Below are positions 10,297 through 21,686 of a stretch of DNA of 64,000 nucleotides, in pieces. The translations under genes and the position numbers were made by a program. Position 1 is the first letter of the stretch, and the number at the start of each line of letters is the position of its first letter. Location: positions 96,001 to 160,000 of the forward strand of contig CAVYZN010000009.1 in the NCBI GenBank assembly GCA_963773065.1, in the 5' to 3' direction. The notes below the pieces were generated by a model, which worked only from the letters and a program-made list of their open reading frames with translations, searched no databases and was not told the DNA's origin. The DNA is from an uncultured Gammaproteobacteria bacterium. GTDB taxonomy: Bacteria > Pseudomonadota > Gammaproteobacteria > UBA9214.

Positions 10297-13157
10297 ATGA
10301 TGATTCGTCACTTAATTCAGTCCGGTTTTTCAAAAGTACTGTTATGCGTCATCTTTGCGGTTCAGTTGGTTGCCTGTGGCGGTGGCGGTGGGGGGGGCGG
10401 CAGTACCGGTAGTGGTGCTGCCGACATCGCCAGTGCCGTGGAGGTCAGCGGCAGCGTCGGCGATGGCCCGGTAACCGGCGCCACGATTGTGGTCTATGCA
10501 GACAATGGTGACGAACTTGGCACCATGAGCAGCGACAACACCGCTTCCTTTCAAACCACCGTTAGGGCAAAAGGGCGTGATTACCCGCTGCTCATCAAGG
10601 CCAGCGGCGGCTTTGACCTGGTAACGGGCGATGAACCGGCCTTCGAGATGTTATCGGTGATGATGGGTCCGTTCGGAGCAAGCAGGAGAATATCAATCCA
10701 TTCACGACCCTGATTGTGAAGACGGCGCAATCCCTGCCGGGTGGACTGAATGCGGATAACGTCAGGGCTGCCAAAGACATTGTCATCGACAAGCTGGGAT
10801 TTGGGCTGGACCCGAATCTGGTTCCTGATCCGATTACCACCGCTATCAACGAGTCGAAGGCGGCCAATATCATCAAGGCGAGCGAGGCGCTGGCGGAGAT
10901 GGTGCGTCGCACCCGCGATACGGTTTCCGCCGTTGGGGCGCGGCTTTCGGGTGATGATGTGATGGCGGCGATTGCTGCGGATATGACGGACGGTTTCCTG
11001 GACGGGAAGGGCGCGCGCGGCGCCGATGCGCGTGTGGCCGCCGTGGCCACAGTGGTGTCGTCTCAGGTGCTGGTGGAAGCGCTGGGCAATGCCCTGGAGG
11101 TGGGCGGGGTGGTTGCGACCGGCATGCTGGATGAGGCTATCACCACTACCCAGCCCGGTATTGGCTCATCCCAGCTGACGGACAGTGTGCGCATCAGCGC
11201 GGGCATGCTTGGGCAGACGAAGATTGCGTTGGCGGCCGTGCAAGTGCTGGATTCCAGTTCCCAGGTTGCCGACATCGCGACGAGCGTCAGCGGCATTGCG
11301 CCCAACAGCCTGCCGGCGGACATTGCCGGTGTGTTACCGGCCGATGCCTCGACCTACCTGGACAATGCGGTGGTGCTGTCCCCAACAGCGACGACCGAGC
11401 AAATTGCCGGCATCGGGCAGGCGGTACATGGCACAGGCGGTGGTATCACTCCAGCGCCGGGGAATAACAGTGCACCGGTGATCAGCGGCTCACCGGGTAC
11501 CGCGGTGGTGGCGGGTACGGCCTATGCTTTCCAGCCCAGTGCCAGTGATGCCGACGGGGATACGCTGAGCTTCAGCATCAGCAACAAGCCCGCCTGGGCG
11601 AGCTTCAGCGCCACGACCGGCCGTCTGAGCGGCACGCCCGGGACGGGCAGTGTCGGGAGTTACGGCAACATCGTGATTGCGGTGTCTGACGGGACGGCGA
11701 GCGCGAGCCTGCCGGCGTTCAGCATCCGGGTCGATGCGGCTACTCCTGCCAACAGTGCACCGGTGATCAGCGGCACACCGGGTACCGCGGTGGTGGCGGG
11801 TACGGCCTATGCTTTCCAGCCCAGCGCCAGTGATGCCGACGGGAATACGCTGAGCTTCAGCATCAGCAACAAGCCCGCCTGGGCGAGCTTCAGCGCCACG
11901 ACTGGCCGTCTGAGCGGCACGCCCGGGACGGGCAGCGTCGGGAGTTACGGCAACATCGTGATTGCGGTGTCTGACGGGACGGCGAGCGCGAGCCTGCCGG
12001 CGTTCAGCATCCGGGTCGATGCGGCTACTCCTGCCAACAGTGCACCGGTGATCAGCGGCACACCGGGTACCGCGGTGGTGGCGGGTACGGCCTATGCTTT
12101 CCAGCCCAGCGCCAGTGATGCCGACGGGAATACGTTGAGCTTCAGCATCAGCAACAAGCCCGCCTGGGCGAGCTTCAGCGCCACGACCGGCCGTCTGAGC
12201 GGCACGCCCGGGACGGGCAGTGTCGGGAGTTACGGCAACATCGTGATTGCGGTGTCTGACGGGACGGCGAGCGCGAGCCTGCCGGCGTTCAGCATCCGGG
12301 TCGATGCGGCTACTCCTGCCAACAGTGCACCGGTGATCAGCGGCACACCGGGTACCGCGGTGGTGGCGGGTACGGCCTATGCTTTCCAGCCCAGCGCCAG
12401 TGATGCCGACGGGAATACGCTGAGCTTCAGTATCAGCAACAAGCCCGCCTGGGCGAGCTTCAGCGCCACGACCGGCCGTCTGAGCGGCACGCCCGGGACG
12501 GGCAGTGTCGGGAGTTACGGCAACATCGTGATTGCGGTGTCTGACGGGACGGCGAGCGCGAGCCTGCCGGCGTTCAGCATCCGGGTCGATGCGGCTACTC
12601 CTGCCAACAGTGCACCGGTGATCAGCGGCACACCGGGTACCGCGGTGGTGGCGGGTACGGCCTATGCTTTCCAGCCCAGCGCCAGTGATGCCGACGGGAA
12701 TACGCTGAGCTTCAGCATCAGCAACAAGCCCGCCTGGGCGAGCTTCAGCGCCACGACCGGCCGTCTGAGCGGCACGCCCGGGACGGGCAGTGTCGGGAGT
12801 TACGGCAACATCGTGATTGCGGTGTCTGACGGGACGGCGAGCGCGAGCCTGCCGGCGTTCAGCATCCGGGTCGATGCGGCTCCAGTTCAGACCAGCAGTT
12901 TAACGTTACAATGGACTGCGCCCGTGGCCCGCAGCGATGGAACACCGCTGACCCTGGCGGATATCGACGGCTTCCGCATCCATTACGGGAATTCAGCCGG
13001 TAGCTATACCAATCATGTCACCGTGGCTGATGGTACCGCACAGAAAGTGACCCTGACCGATATCCCCGTAGGTACTTATTACCTGGTCATGACCACCTAC
13101 GATGTGGATGGTCGAGAAAGCAGTTACTCGTCGGTGGTGACCAAGACCATTCAATAG
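10297..13157 (+). CDS. Large surface lipoprotein (paralog A): lipobox, N-terminal domain, 5 putative Ig (He_PIG-like) repeats, C-terminal FN3-like domain; frameshift near 10680-10716
   Basis: VQLVAC-GGGGGGGG lipobox; GSVGDGPVTGA; NINPFTTL bridges the two ORFs; NSAPVISG..SDADG.TLSFSISNKPAWASF..TGRLSGTP repeats; SLTLQWTAP..GFRIHYG..YYLVMTTYD..ES. Confidence 0.85.
11466..12881 (+). repeat. Five near-identical 285-bp (95-aa) tandem repeats
   Basis: Unit starts AACAGTGCACCGGTG at 11466, 11751, 12036, 12321 and 12606. Confidence 0.97.
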
Positions 13158-13165
13158 TCCTTGCT

Positions 13166-13192
13166 TCCGGGCAGCCGCATAGGCTGCCCGGA
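13166..13192 (+). terminator. Stem-loop after paralog A
   Basis: TCCGGGCAGCC-gcata-GGCTGCCCGGA just after the stop codon; weak U-tract. Confidence 0.6.
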
Positions 13193-13836
13193 CAATAATT
13201 TAAACATCATGTTCTGCCCTCCCTCGAAATAGGATAAGACGGAAGCTATTTTTCATATACATATTGGCATTCTCGTTCGGAACCATACCTGAATCCTGGC
13301 TTTCTCCCGAATTAATGTGCTTAGAAAACTGTCTCCAGCACCATCTGGACAGCTTCAACCGGGATCAAGGATAAACGAATCAAAGCGTTGTACATGGTTG
13401 AAGTAGCATGTTCTATCGGGATTTACCCCGGAACCTTTCATGCACGACTCGTCAAGCTTAGTAACCCATCAAGGTTTTGTTATTCGTGGGTGCATCGCTG
13501 TTTTTTGTAGAGCATCACACTGACTGGAAATTTCCGGGGTCACCACTCCTGAATACGCAATTGCAAAATAAAACCGGGGATAAGAAACGATTTACTCCAG
13601 CGGTGTTTGGTGGTGATGTTCATTAATGACCAGGCATACATATTAAGACAAATCAGTATCCAGCACTTGCCTGTAAATATACGTATCAATTGTTCAGCAA
13701 TGACATCATAACCTTTTCTGTTAGACTGTTACGCGCCCAAGGCCGAATAATTTATACCCGCAATAACGCTTCACGTTAGCTGATCAGTGCTCAGCACGCC
13801 AGCATCAGTCCAGTTTAGCTGTATGCACCCCATGCA

Positions 13837-15282
13837 ATGATGCAAATGAATTTCTACCGTCCCAGGTCTATATTGCGATTGATCCTGACCGGATTCTCGC
13901 TGGTGGCCTTGCCGCTGGTAGCCGGATTGGTTATTGCTACTGTCTCGGTCGACCGTTTGGTCGGGCAGAGCCAGAATGCCCTGCTGCAGAGTGTGCTGGT
14001 AACCCAGGGCAGTCAAGTGCTGGTCGAGGCAATTACCGCCATGGAGCGCAATGCCCGTCAGTATCAGGTTCTCGGCGACAAGGTGTTGTTTAATGTCTAT
14101 GAGGAAAAGCACGCGAAATTTATAGATACCGCCCGCTCGCTCGTTGAGCTGGAGCTGGTAGAGGCCCAGCGCAAGCTTCTTGAGGAACTGCGTGCCAAGG
14201 AAGATGAAGTGCATACCGTTCTTAGTAATAATCCTCATGATGCCCGTGCAACCAAAGCCGCTTTAGCCAGGTTCACCGAACTTGCGCAAACGGCGCAACA
14301 GATCCTGGCTGATAATCAAGGACTGATAAACCGTGGAGTTGAACAAATACAGGGCAAAGCAGAGGAGGTTCAGCGAACGCTGGTATTACAGGCAATCGCC
14401 CTGGTCCCGGCTGCACTACTTCTGGGTATATTCTTTACAGTTCTGATCACTCGGCCTATCAACCAGGTCGATCAAGCGATCCGCCGGCTGGGTGATGGGA
14501 AATTCAATGATCCTGCTATCGTTACCGGACCGCGTGACCTTGAACAACTGGGCGAACGCCTTAACTGGCTACGCCAACGACTGCTTGACTTGGAGCAGGA
14601 AAAGGCTAAGTTTCTCCAGCACATATCGCACGAATTGAAAACGCCACTGACAGCAATCAGGGAAGGAGCGGAATTGATGAATGAACAGGTGGTGGGCGAT
14701 CTGAACACCCAGCAACGCGAAATAGCGGGGATCCTGCGAGACAATAGTCTGCAACTGCAGAAATTGATCGAAGATTTACTGAATTTCAGCATTATGCGTA
14801 CCCGCCCATCGAGTCTTTTCCGCAAGCGGCTGGAGCTGGGGAAAATTATTGTAAACGTGCTCGATGACCACAAGGTCGCCCTACTTTCGCGCAAACTGGA
14901 TCTGCGGACATCCCTGCAGTCAGTCAGGCTGCGAGGTGACAAGGAGAAATTACGTATAATGGTAGATAATCTTGTTTCCAATGCCATCAAGTATTCCCCT
15001 GATGGCAGCCCCTTGTGGGTTTTGTTATTCAAGCGTGATACCCATGCGGTCATCGAAGTGGCTGACGCCGGCCCAGGTATTCCTGTTGCAGATCGTGAAC
15101 GTGTCTTTGAAGCTTTTTATCAAGGAGTACCGGCCGACAAGGGACATGTCAGGGGCACCGGGCTTGGATTGTCTATTGCCAAGGAATACGCTCAAGCGCA
15201 TGGGGGGGATATTACTGTGTTGAGTACCGGGAAGATGGGTGCACGACTTCAGGTTGTTTTGCCGTTGGAACAAAGTTCCTGA
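13837..15282 (+). CDS. glrK: GlrK/QseE-type sensor histidine kinase
   Basis: RPRSILRLILTGF N-terminus, MERNARQY, HAMP, SHELKTPL H-box, NAIKYS, DAGPG, GTGLGL; followed by qseG-like and glrR. Confidence 0.88.
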   Translation: MMQMNFYRPRSILRLILTGFSLVALPLVAGLVIATVSVDRLVGQSQNALLQSVLVTQGSQVLVEAITAMERNARQYQVLGDKVLFNVYEEKHAKFIDTARSLVELELVEAQRKLLEELRAKEDEVHTVLSNNPHDARATKAALARFTELAQTAQQILADNQGLINRGVEQIQGKAEEVQRTLVLQAIALVPAALLLGIFFTVLITRPINQVDQAIRRLGDGKFNDPAIVTGPRDLEQLGERLNWLRQRLLDLEQEKAKFLQHISHELKTPLTAIREGAELMNEQVVGDLNTQQREIAGILRDNSLQLQKLIEDLLNFSIMRTRPSSLFRKRLELGKIIVNVLDDHKVALLSRKLDLRTSLQSVRLRGDKEKLRIMVDNLVSNAIKYSPDGSPLWVLLFKRDTHAVIEVADAGPGIPVADRERVFEAFYQGVPADKGHVRGTGLGLSIAKEYAQAHGGDITVLSTGKMGARLQVVLPLEQSS

Positions 15283-15284
15283 TT

Positions 15285-15821
15285 ATGAAGAGATTTATAA
15301 TTCTTCTTGTGATACTTGCAGCTATGTCGACTGCTTGCAGCGAATTGCAATCCTATCGATTTCCCAGGCCCGAGACCGTTATCACAGGCGTGCATGATGT
15401 TGACTATCTATTGATGGAATTGCATGGCACACGCGCCATGAATAAGAGTCAACTGCAACAGACGCTGGAAGCCTGGGAACAGGAATTTCAAGCTGACTCC
15501 AGCCCTGATAATCGGTTGAAATTAGCGCTGCTGTATGCAGCCGGCAAAGAGCCGGTCAGGGACCCTGGACGTGCCCAGGAATTGCTGAATGAGGACGCCA
15601 AAACGCCATCCAATCCCGCGGCACGAGAGTTAGCGGCGTTAGTGCGGGAGTTTCTTGAGGAACAGGTTGAGGTTAACAGGAAGGTCAATGATCTGAACAA
15701 GCAGATAGCCGAGCAGGGCAGGCGCATAGCCGAGCTGGAAGAGCAGCAGCGGGCGTTGATGAGCATTGAGCAGAAGATGCAGCAGCGTGAAGCCCCGGTA
15801 GTGATTGAAAATGACAAATGA
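15285..15821 (+). CDS. QseG/YfhG-like lipoprotein
   Basis: Lipobox-like MSTAC, coiled coil ending ALMSIEQKM, position between glrK and glrR. Confidence 0.7.
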   Translation: MKRFIILLVILAAMSTACSELQSYRFPRPETVITGVHDVDYLLMELHGTRAMNKSQLQQTLEAWEQEFQADSSPDNRLKLALLYAAGKEPVRDPGRAQELLNEDAKTPSNPAARELAALVREFLEEQVEVNRKVNDLNKQIAEQGRRIAELEEQQRALMSIEQKMQQREAPVVIENDK

Positions 15822-17175
15822 CAAGTATCGAGTGCTACTGGTGGATGATGATCCTGGCCTGTTGCGGCTGTTGTCGATGCGTCTTGCGGCGGCCGGTTAT
15901 GCGGTGACGGCGGTGGAGAGCGGGGAGCGGGCGCTGGCCCAGATACCGCTGCTGCAACCGCACCTTATCATTACTGACCTGCAGATGAACGGCATGGATG
16001 GGATGACGCTGTTCAACCAGGTACACAGCCGCAACCCGTCGCTGCCGGTGCTGATTCTGACCGCGCACGGGACCATACCGGATGCGGTTGCGGCGACGAG
16101 TCGCGGGGTATTCGGGTATCTGACCAAGCCCTTTGACAGCAAGGTGCTGCTGGGGCATGTGGCGCGGGCGCTGAAACTTAGCGGGGAGCTACCGGCGCGC
16201 CAGTCCGATGCCACGCTGGCGGAGTGGCGCAAGGAGCTGGTGACGCGCAGCCCGCTGATGGAGAATCTGCTGACGCAGGCGCGGCTGATTGCCGAGAGTG
16301 ACGCCAGTGTGCTGATACAGGGTCAGAGTGGTACCGGCAAGGAGCTGCTGGCGCGCGCGATCCACCGGGCGAGCGAGCGCGCGGCGGGTGCCTTTGTGGC
16401 GCTGAACTGCAGCGCCATACCGGAGTCGCTATTTGAATCGGAATTGTTTGGCCATGTGAAGGGGGCGTTCACCGGTGCGATGCGCGATCACCCGGGTCTG
16501 TTCCGTGCGGCGGCGGGGGGCACGCTGTTTCTGGACGAGATTGGGGACATGCCGCTGGGTTTTCAGGTGAAGCTGCTGCGGGCGCTGCAGGAGCGCAGCA
16601 TACGCCCGGTGGGATCGACCGAATCCGTGGCGATTGATGTGCGCATTATCTCGGCCACGCATCAGGATCTGGAGCTGGGGCTGCAGGAGAACCGCTTTCG
16701 GGAGGATCTGTACTACCGTTTGAATGTGGTGACGCTGGAGCTGCCCTCTCTGGTTGAGCGGCGCGAGGACATTCCGTTGCTGGCCAATCACTTTCTGCAG
16801 CATTTTCCGGATGCCGAGAAGAAGGGGGTGAAGGGGTTTTCGGCCGAGGCGATGGAGGCGATGCTGTCGGCGCCGTGGCCGGGGAATGTCCGGCAACTCT
16901 ACAATGTGGTGGAGCAGTCGGTGGCGCTGTCGACCACCTCGCTGATACCGGTGAGCCTGGTGCAGCGTGCCTTGCGGGGGGAATCGAGTGAAATACCGGC
17001 GTTTGCCGAGGCGCGCAGCGAATTCGAGCGGGATTACCTGACGCGGTTGCTGCAGATCACCCATGGCAACGTGACCCGGGCCGCCGGCATTGCCAAGCGT
17101 AACCGTACCGAATTCTACAAGCTGCTGCAGAAGCATCATCTGAATCCCGCGCAGTTCAAGTCGGCACCCTCCTGA
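15811..17175 (+). CDS. glrR: GlrR/QseF sigma54-dependent response regulator, copy 1
   Basis: Receiver [17 protein letters not shown]; GQSGTGKE; [15 protein letters not shown]; WPGNVRQL; [13 protein letters not shown]. Confidence 0.92.
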   Translation: MTNDKYRVLLVDDDPGLLRLLSMRLAAAGYAVTAVESGERALAQIPLLQPHLIITDLQMNGMDGMTLFNQVHSRNPSLPVLILTAHGTIPDAVAATSRGVFGYLTKPFDSKVLLGHVARALKLSGELPARQSDATLAEWRKELVTRSPLMENLLTQARLIAESDASVLIQGQSGTGKELLARAIHRASERAAGAFVALNCSAIPESLFESELFGHVKGAFTGAMRDHPGLFRAAAGGTLFLDEIGDMPLGFQVKLLRALQERSIRPVGSTESVAIDVRIISATHQDLELGLQENRFREDLYYRLNVVTLELPSLVERREDIPLLANHFLQHFPDAEKKGVKGFSAEAMEAMLSAPWPGNVRQLYNVVEQSVALSTTSLIPVSLVQRALRGESSEIPAFAEARSEFERDYLTRLLQITHGNVTRAAGIAKRNRTEFYKLLQKHHLNPAQFKSAPS

Positions 17176-17261
17176 GGGGGGCCGCGATAGCCAGCCGGTG
17201 TGCACTGAACTGCGGTAATACGCTGAGTGACATTGGGGTGATTGTGTCTCGCGGCGTAAAG

Positions 17262-17480
17262 TGTCGCTGATTGCTGACAGTATTTGTCGGTTCGGCACTA
17301 ACTGGCTGACTTGGGGCGGCTTTAAGTGTTTCCATATAGAGACAGAGGCGATGAGGAACCGACGCCTTGTACAATTCAGCCCATCGTCAAGTCCGTTTTC
17401 CGCGCGTCCTGGAATTTACAGATATAGAAAAAACAAATAGATAGATTGTCTCCAGGGCGATCTGTCGGGCAATGATAACA
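17262..17480. promoter_or_regulatory. GlrR-type boxes: perfect at 17262-17279, one mismatch at 17327-17344 and 17463-17480
   Basis: TGTCgctgattgctGACA; TGTTtccatatagaGACA; TGTCgggcaatgatAACA. Confidence 0.65.
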
Positions 17481-17706
17481 GCGCCGAAACCCACGCCCAC
17501 GTGCTTTGGGCGTCCACTAGCTGACGGCGGGCAGATGGCTGCTTCAGCCTCCTGGTAAGAATGCCGGTCCCCTCGACAAATAACCTTTCTAATACACTCC
17601 TAACACACTGTAACAATAGGATAAATCTATTATCTGCGCAGTCCTGGCAGATCTCCAGATCGCCTCGATAGCCCTGCTACGCCAATTTTCATGTGACCAA
17701 AGCAAA

Positions 17707-17722
17707 TGGCACAGTAATTGCT
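17707..17722 (+). promoter_or_regulatory. sigma54 promoter for paralog B
   Basis: TGGCACAGTAATTGCT, canonical GG-N10-GC. Confidence 0.8.
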
Positions 17723-17951
17723 AATTTGCTAATACAACTTTTCAGCTTGAAAGCCTGCGAACGCCCCATCCGGGAAGTCCGTTTTCTTCCTTCTGAATGT
17801 GGTTGTTGAACTTTAACTGCAGGCCACGTGCCCAGAGCATCGAGATTGTTGCCACATGCAGTTACCTAGCCGGTGTGATTCACCAGCACTTGTAACGCGC
17901 CCTGACTGCACTTGGTTGCCAAACGAAATGGATCTACCGAGGAACTTATTT

Positions 17952-19200
17952 ATGAATGACACCTTAGTCAATTGCAGGATGACCGCTCAGAATTTGCAAA
18001 CTGGACTTGTCAAAGTGCTACTTATGGTCATTCTTGCGATAGCAAGCCTGCCGGCGTTTAGCGCCTCCAACCGCGCGCCGGTGATCAGTGGTACGCCGGC
18101 AGTCTCGGTGGCAGCAGGGAGTGTCTATACCTTCCAGCCCAAAGCGACTGACGCCGACGGGGATACGCTGAGCTTCAGCATCAGCAACAAGCCCGGCTGG
18201 GCGAGCTTCAACCCTGCGACCGGTCGTATGAGCGGCACGCCCGGGACTGGGAGTGTCGGGAGCTACGGTAACATCGTGATTGCGGTCAGCGACCGCAGGA
18301 CGACGGCGCGCCTGCCGGCATTCAGCATTCGGGTCTTGGCCGCCAACCGCGCCCCGGTGATCAGCGGCACGCCGGCCACTTCGGTGGTGGTCGGCAAAGG
18401 CTATAGCTTCCAGCCGAGCGCCAGTGACGCCGACGGGAATACGCTGAGTTTCAGCATCGTCAACAAGCCCGGCTGGGCGAGCTTCAACCCCGCGACCGGG
18501 CGCTTGAGCGGGACGCCCGGGACAGGCAGCGTCGGGAGTTATGGCTACATCATGATTGGGGTGAATGACGGGAAGGTGGCCGTGTTTCTACCGGTGTTCA
18601 GCATCCGTGTCAATGCCGCCACAACTTCCGCCAATCGCCCGCCGGTGATCAGCGGTACGCCGGGCACCGCGGTGGTGGCGGGGAGTGCTTACAGTTTCCA
18701 ACCCAGCGCGACGGACGCCGACGGGAACACACTGAGTTTTAGCATCAGCAACAAGCCCGCCTGGGCGAGCTTCAGCACCACGACCGGCCGTCTGAGCGGC
18801 ACGCCCGGGACGGGGAATGTCGGTACCTATGGCAACATCGTGATTGCGGTGTCTGACGGAAAGGCGAGCGCGAGCCTGCCGGCGTTCAGCATCCGGGTCA
18901 ATACCGCCATAACTTCGGCCACGACTCGGTTCGGACCGGCAGTTTACTTTGAGCTGGACGGCACCCGTTAAGCGCTCTAACGGCACACCGCTGTCGCTGG
19001 CGGATATCGACGGCTTCCGCATCCACTACGGGAAATCGGCCGGTAGCTATACCAATCATATCAACGTGGCTGATGGTACCGCACAGAAAGTGACCCTGAC
19101 CGATATCCCCGTGGGTACTTATTACCTGGTCATGACCACCTACGATGTGGCTGGCCGTGAAAGCGGTAATTCGTCGATGGTTAGCAAGAACGTTCAATAA
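17952..19200 (+). CDS. Secreted Ig-repeat protein (paralog B): 3 He_PIG-like repeats plus FN3-like domain; frameshift near 18930
   Basis: Hydrophobic signal ending ASLPAFSA; three NRAPVISGTP-type repeats; ORF 18949-19200 is a close homolog of the paralog A C-terminus. Confidence 0.85.
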
Positions 19201-19215
19201 ACATTCCGGACTGCG

Positions 19216-19421
19216 CCGCGGCACGAGAGTTAGCGGCGTTAGTGCGGGAGTTTCTTGAGGAACAGGTTGAGGTTAACAGGGAGGTCAATGATCTGAACAA
19301 GCAGATAGCCGAGCAGGGCAGGCGCATAGCCGAGCTGGAAGAGCAGCAGCGGGCGTTGATGAGCATTGAGCAGAAGATGCAGCAGCGTGAAGCCCCGGTA
19401 GTGATTGAAAATGACAAATGA
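19216..19421 (+). pseudogene. 5'-truncated second copy of the qseG-like gene
   Basis: Copy of 15616-15821 with no start codon or signal peptide. Confidence 0.9.
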
Positions 19422-20775
19422 CAAGTATCGAGTGCTACTGGTGGATGATGATCCTGGCCTGTTGCGGCTGTTGTCGATGCGTCTTGCGGCGGCCGGTTAT
19501 GCGGTGACGGCGGTGGAGAGCGGGGAGCGGGCGCTGGCCCAGATACCGCTGCTGCAACCGCACCTTATCATTACTGACCTGCAGATGAACGGCATGGATG
19601 GGATGACGCTGTTCAACCAGGTACACAGCCGCAACCCGTCGCTGCCGGTGCTGATTCTGACCGCGCACGGGACCATACCGGATGCGGTTGCGGCGACGAG
19701 TCGCGGGGTATTCGGGTATCTGACCAAGCCCTTTGACAGCAAGGTGCTGCTGGGGCATGTGGCGCGGGCGCTGAAACTTAGCGGGGAGCTACCGGCGCGC
19801 CAGTCCGATGCCACGCTGGCGGAGTGGCGCAAGGAGCTGGTGACGCGCAGCCCGCTGATGGAGAATCTGCTGACGCAGGCGCGGCTGATTGCCGAGAGTG
19901 ACGCCAGTGTGCTGATACAGGGTCAGAGTGGTACCGGCAAGGAGCTGCTGGCGCGCGCGATCCACCGGGCGAGCGAGCGCGCGGCGGGTGCCTTTGTGGC
20001 GCTGAACTGCAGCGCCATACCGGAGTCGCTATTTGAATCGGAATTGTTTGGCCATGTGAAGGGGGCGTTCACCGGTGCGATGCGCGATCACCCGGGTCTG
20101 TTCCGTGCGGCGGCGGGGGGCACGCTGTTTCTGGACGAGATTGGGGACATGCCGCTGGGTTTTCAGGTGAAGCTGCTGCGGGCGCTGCAGGAGCGCAGCA
20201 TACGCCCGGTGGGATCGACCGAATCCGTGGCGATTGATGTGCGCATTATCTCGGCCACGCATCAGGATCTGGAGCTGGGGCTGCAGGAGAACCGCTTTCG
20301 GGAGGATCTGTACTACCGTTTGAATGTGGTGACGCTGGAGCTGCCCTCTCTGGTGGAGCGGCGCGAGGACATTCCGTTGCTGGCCAATCACTTTCTGCAG
20401 CATTTTCCGGATGCCGAGAAGAAGGGGGTGAAGGGGTTTTCGGCCGAGGCGATGGAGGCGATGCTGTCGGCGCCGTGGCCGGGGAATGTCCGGCAACTCT
20501 ACAATGTGGTGGAGCAGTCGGTGGCGCTGTCGACCACCTCGCTGATACCGGTGAGCCTGGTGCAGCGTGCCTTGCGGGGGGAATCGAGTGAAATACCGGC
20601 GTTTGCCGAGGCGCGCAGCGAGTTCGAGCGGGATTACCTGACGCGGTTGCTGCAGATCACCCATGGCAACGTGACCCGGGCCGCCGGCATTGCCAAGCGT
20701 AACCGTACCGAATTCTACAAGCTGCTGCAGAAGCATCATCTGAATCCCGCGCAGTTCAAGTCGGCACCCTCCTGA
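19411..20775 (+). CDS. glrR: GlrR/QseF response regulator, copy 2 (same protein sequence as copy 1)
   Basis: Translation identical to 15805-17175 in the ORF track. Confidence 0.92.
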   Translation: MTNDKYRVLLVDDDPGLLRLLSMRLAAAGYAVTAVESGERALAQIPLLQPHLIITDLQMNGMDGMTLFNQVHSRNPSLPVLILTAHGTIPDAVAATSRGVFGYLTKPFDSKVLLGHVARALKLSGELPARQSDATLAEWRKELVTRSPLMENLLTQARLIAESDASVLIQGQSGTGKELLARAIHRASERAAGAFVALNCSAIPESLFESELFGHVKGAFTGAMRDHPGLFRAAAGGTLFLDEIGDMPLGFQVKLLRALQERSIRPVGSTESVAIDVRIISATHQDLELGLQENRFREDLYYRLNVVTLELPSLVERREDIPLLANHFLQHFPDAEKKGVKGFSAEAMEAMLSAPWPGNVRQLYNVVEQSVALSTTSLIPVSLVQRALRGESSEIPAFAEARSEFERDYLTRLLQITHGNVTRAAGIAKRNRTEFYKLLQKHHLNPAQFKSAPS

Positions 20776-21020
20776 GGGGGGCCGCGATGGCCAGCCGGTG
20801 TGCACTGAACTGCGGTAATACGCTGAGTAGCCTCCCGTTATCGCGAATAATGTCATTCTGAGCGGCATGTATTTGGTCACCGCAGGGATTGCTTAAAGAT
20901 TGATCAGATAGAGATTCCTCTCAAGGCTCGGCGTGCAGCCCGGGATAGGTCGTATTGATAATATTCTCAGTGGGTTCAACAATCCGTCGTTTGACTCTGC
21001 CTTGCGAATGAATTAAGAAA

Positions 21021-21238
21021 CGTCTCCGAATGGAGACGTATTTGCTTAATATATTACTAACTGGATGATGATAATGATTTGTAGTTGTATCAATATGACG
21101 ACAGCTGCTATGAACAAACGCCTTATCCCTCCGCATAGCTTCTCATCTACGCGCAGTACAGCCGTCCTCTCTGAAGATAAATACCATTGAATTTCTGCAA
21201 TAAATTTTCCTCTTTGTAAGTGTCGGGCAGTGGTGACA
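21021..21238. promoter_or_regulatory. GlrR-type boxes: perfect at 21221-21238, variants at 21021-21038 and 21086-21103
   Basis: TGTCgggcagtggtGACA; CGTCtccgaatggaGACG; TGTAtcaatatgacGACA. Confidence 0.65.
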
Positions 21239-21448
21239 GGTTCCAGCGACACCCTGCCGTTCGTTCTGCAAATATTGCCGATTCTGATTGATTTAATAGT
21301 TTTACCAGCTACCTGCAGGGATGGTTCCTTGCTTGAAGCGTTTATAACAAACTGTTATTACGGGAAAAATAGCCATTTATACAGATCTGGCATGTTCTCG
21401 GGTAGCTTCGGCAAGCGCTTACACGCCTTCATCAACAGCTAAATCACA

Positions 21449-21464
21449 TGGCACAGTATGTGCT
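21449..21464 (+). promoter_or_regulatory. sigma54 promoter for paralog C
   Basis: TGGCACAGTATGTGCT, GG-N10-GC, nearly identical to the 17707 site. Confidence 0.75.
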
Positions 21465-21686
21465 GATTTATTTATACAGCGTTTCTGTTCGAATTCCGCA
21501 AGCCACACGTTATGAAGATTCGACTTCTTAATTTGCGATGTGGCTATTGAGCGTAACCGCAGGGCGGATTTCTTGGGCCTAGGTTTTTCAGACGCTGCCA
21601 GAGTGTTCTGTATCAGCAGGACTTCTAAAGCATCCTGCTTATATAGATCCCCAATTAAAGCCGTCTTACCAGAGGTGTAGATTCTC

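Larger units (their letters stand above)
15616..20828 (+). repeat. 1613-bp direct duplication: 15616-17228 repeated at 19216-20828
   Basis: Exact 3600-bp offset; only four substitutions noticed (15681, 16755, 17022, 17189 vs +3600). Confidence 0.97.

Noticed and set aside
11466-12881. Long tandem repeats as a CRISPR array
   Set aside because: Units are 285 bp, in frame, protein-coding and have no spacers; no cas genes are present
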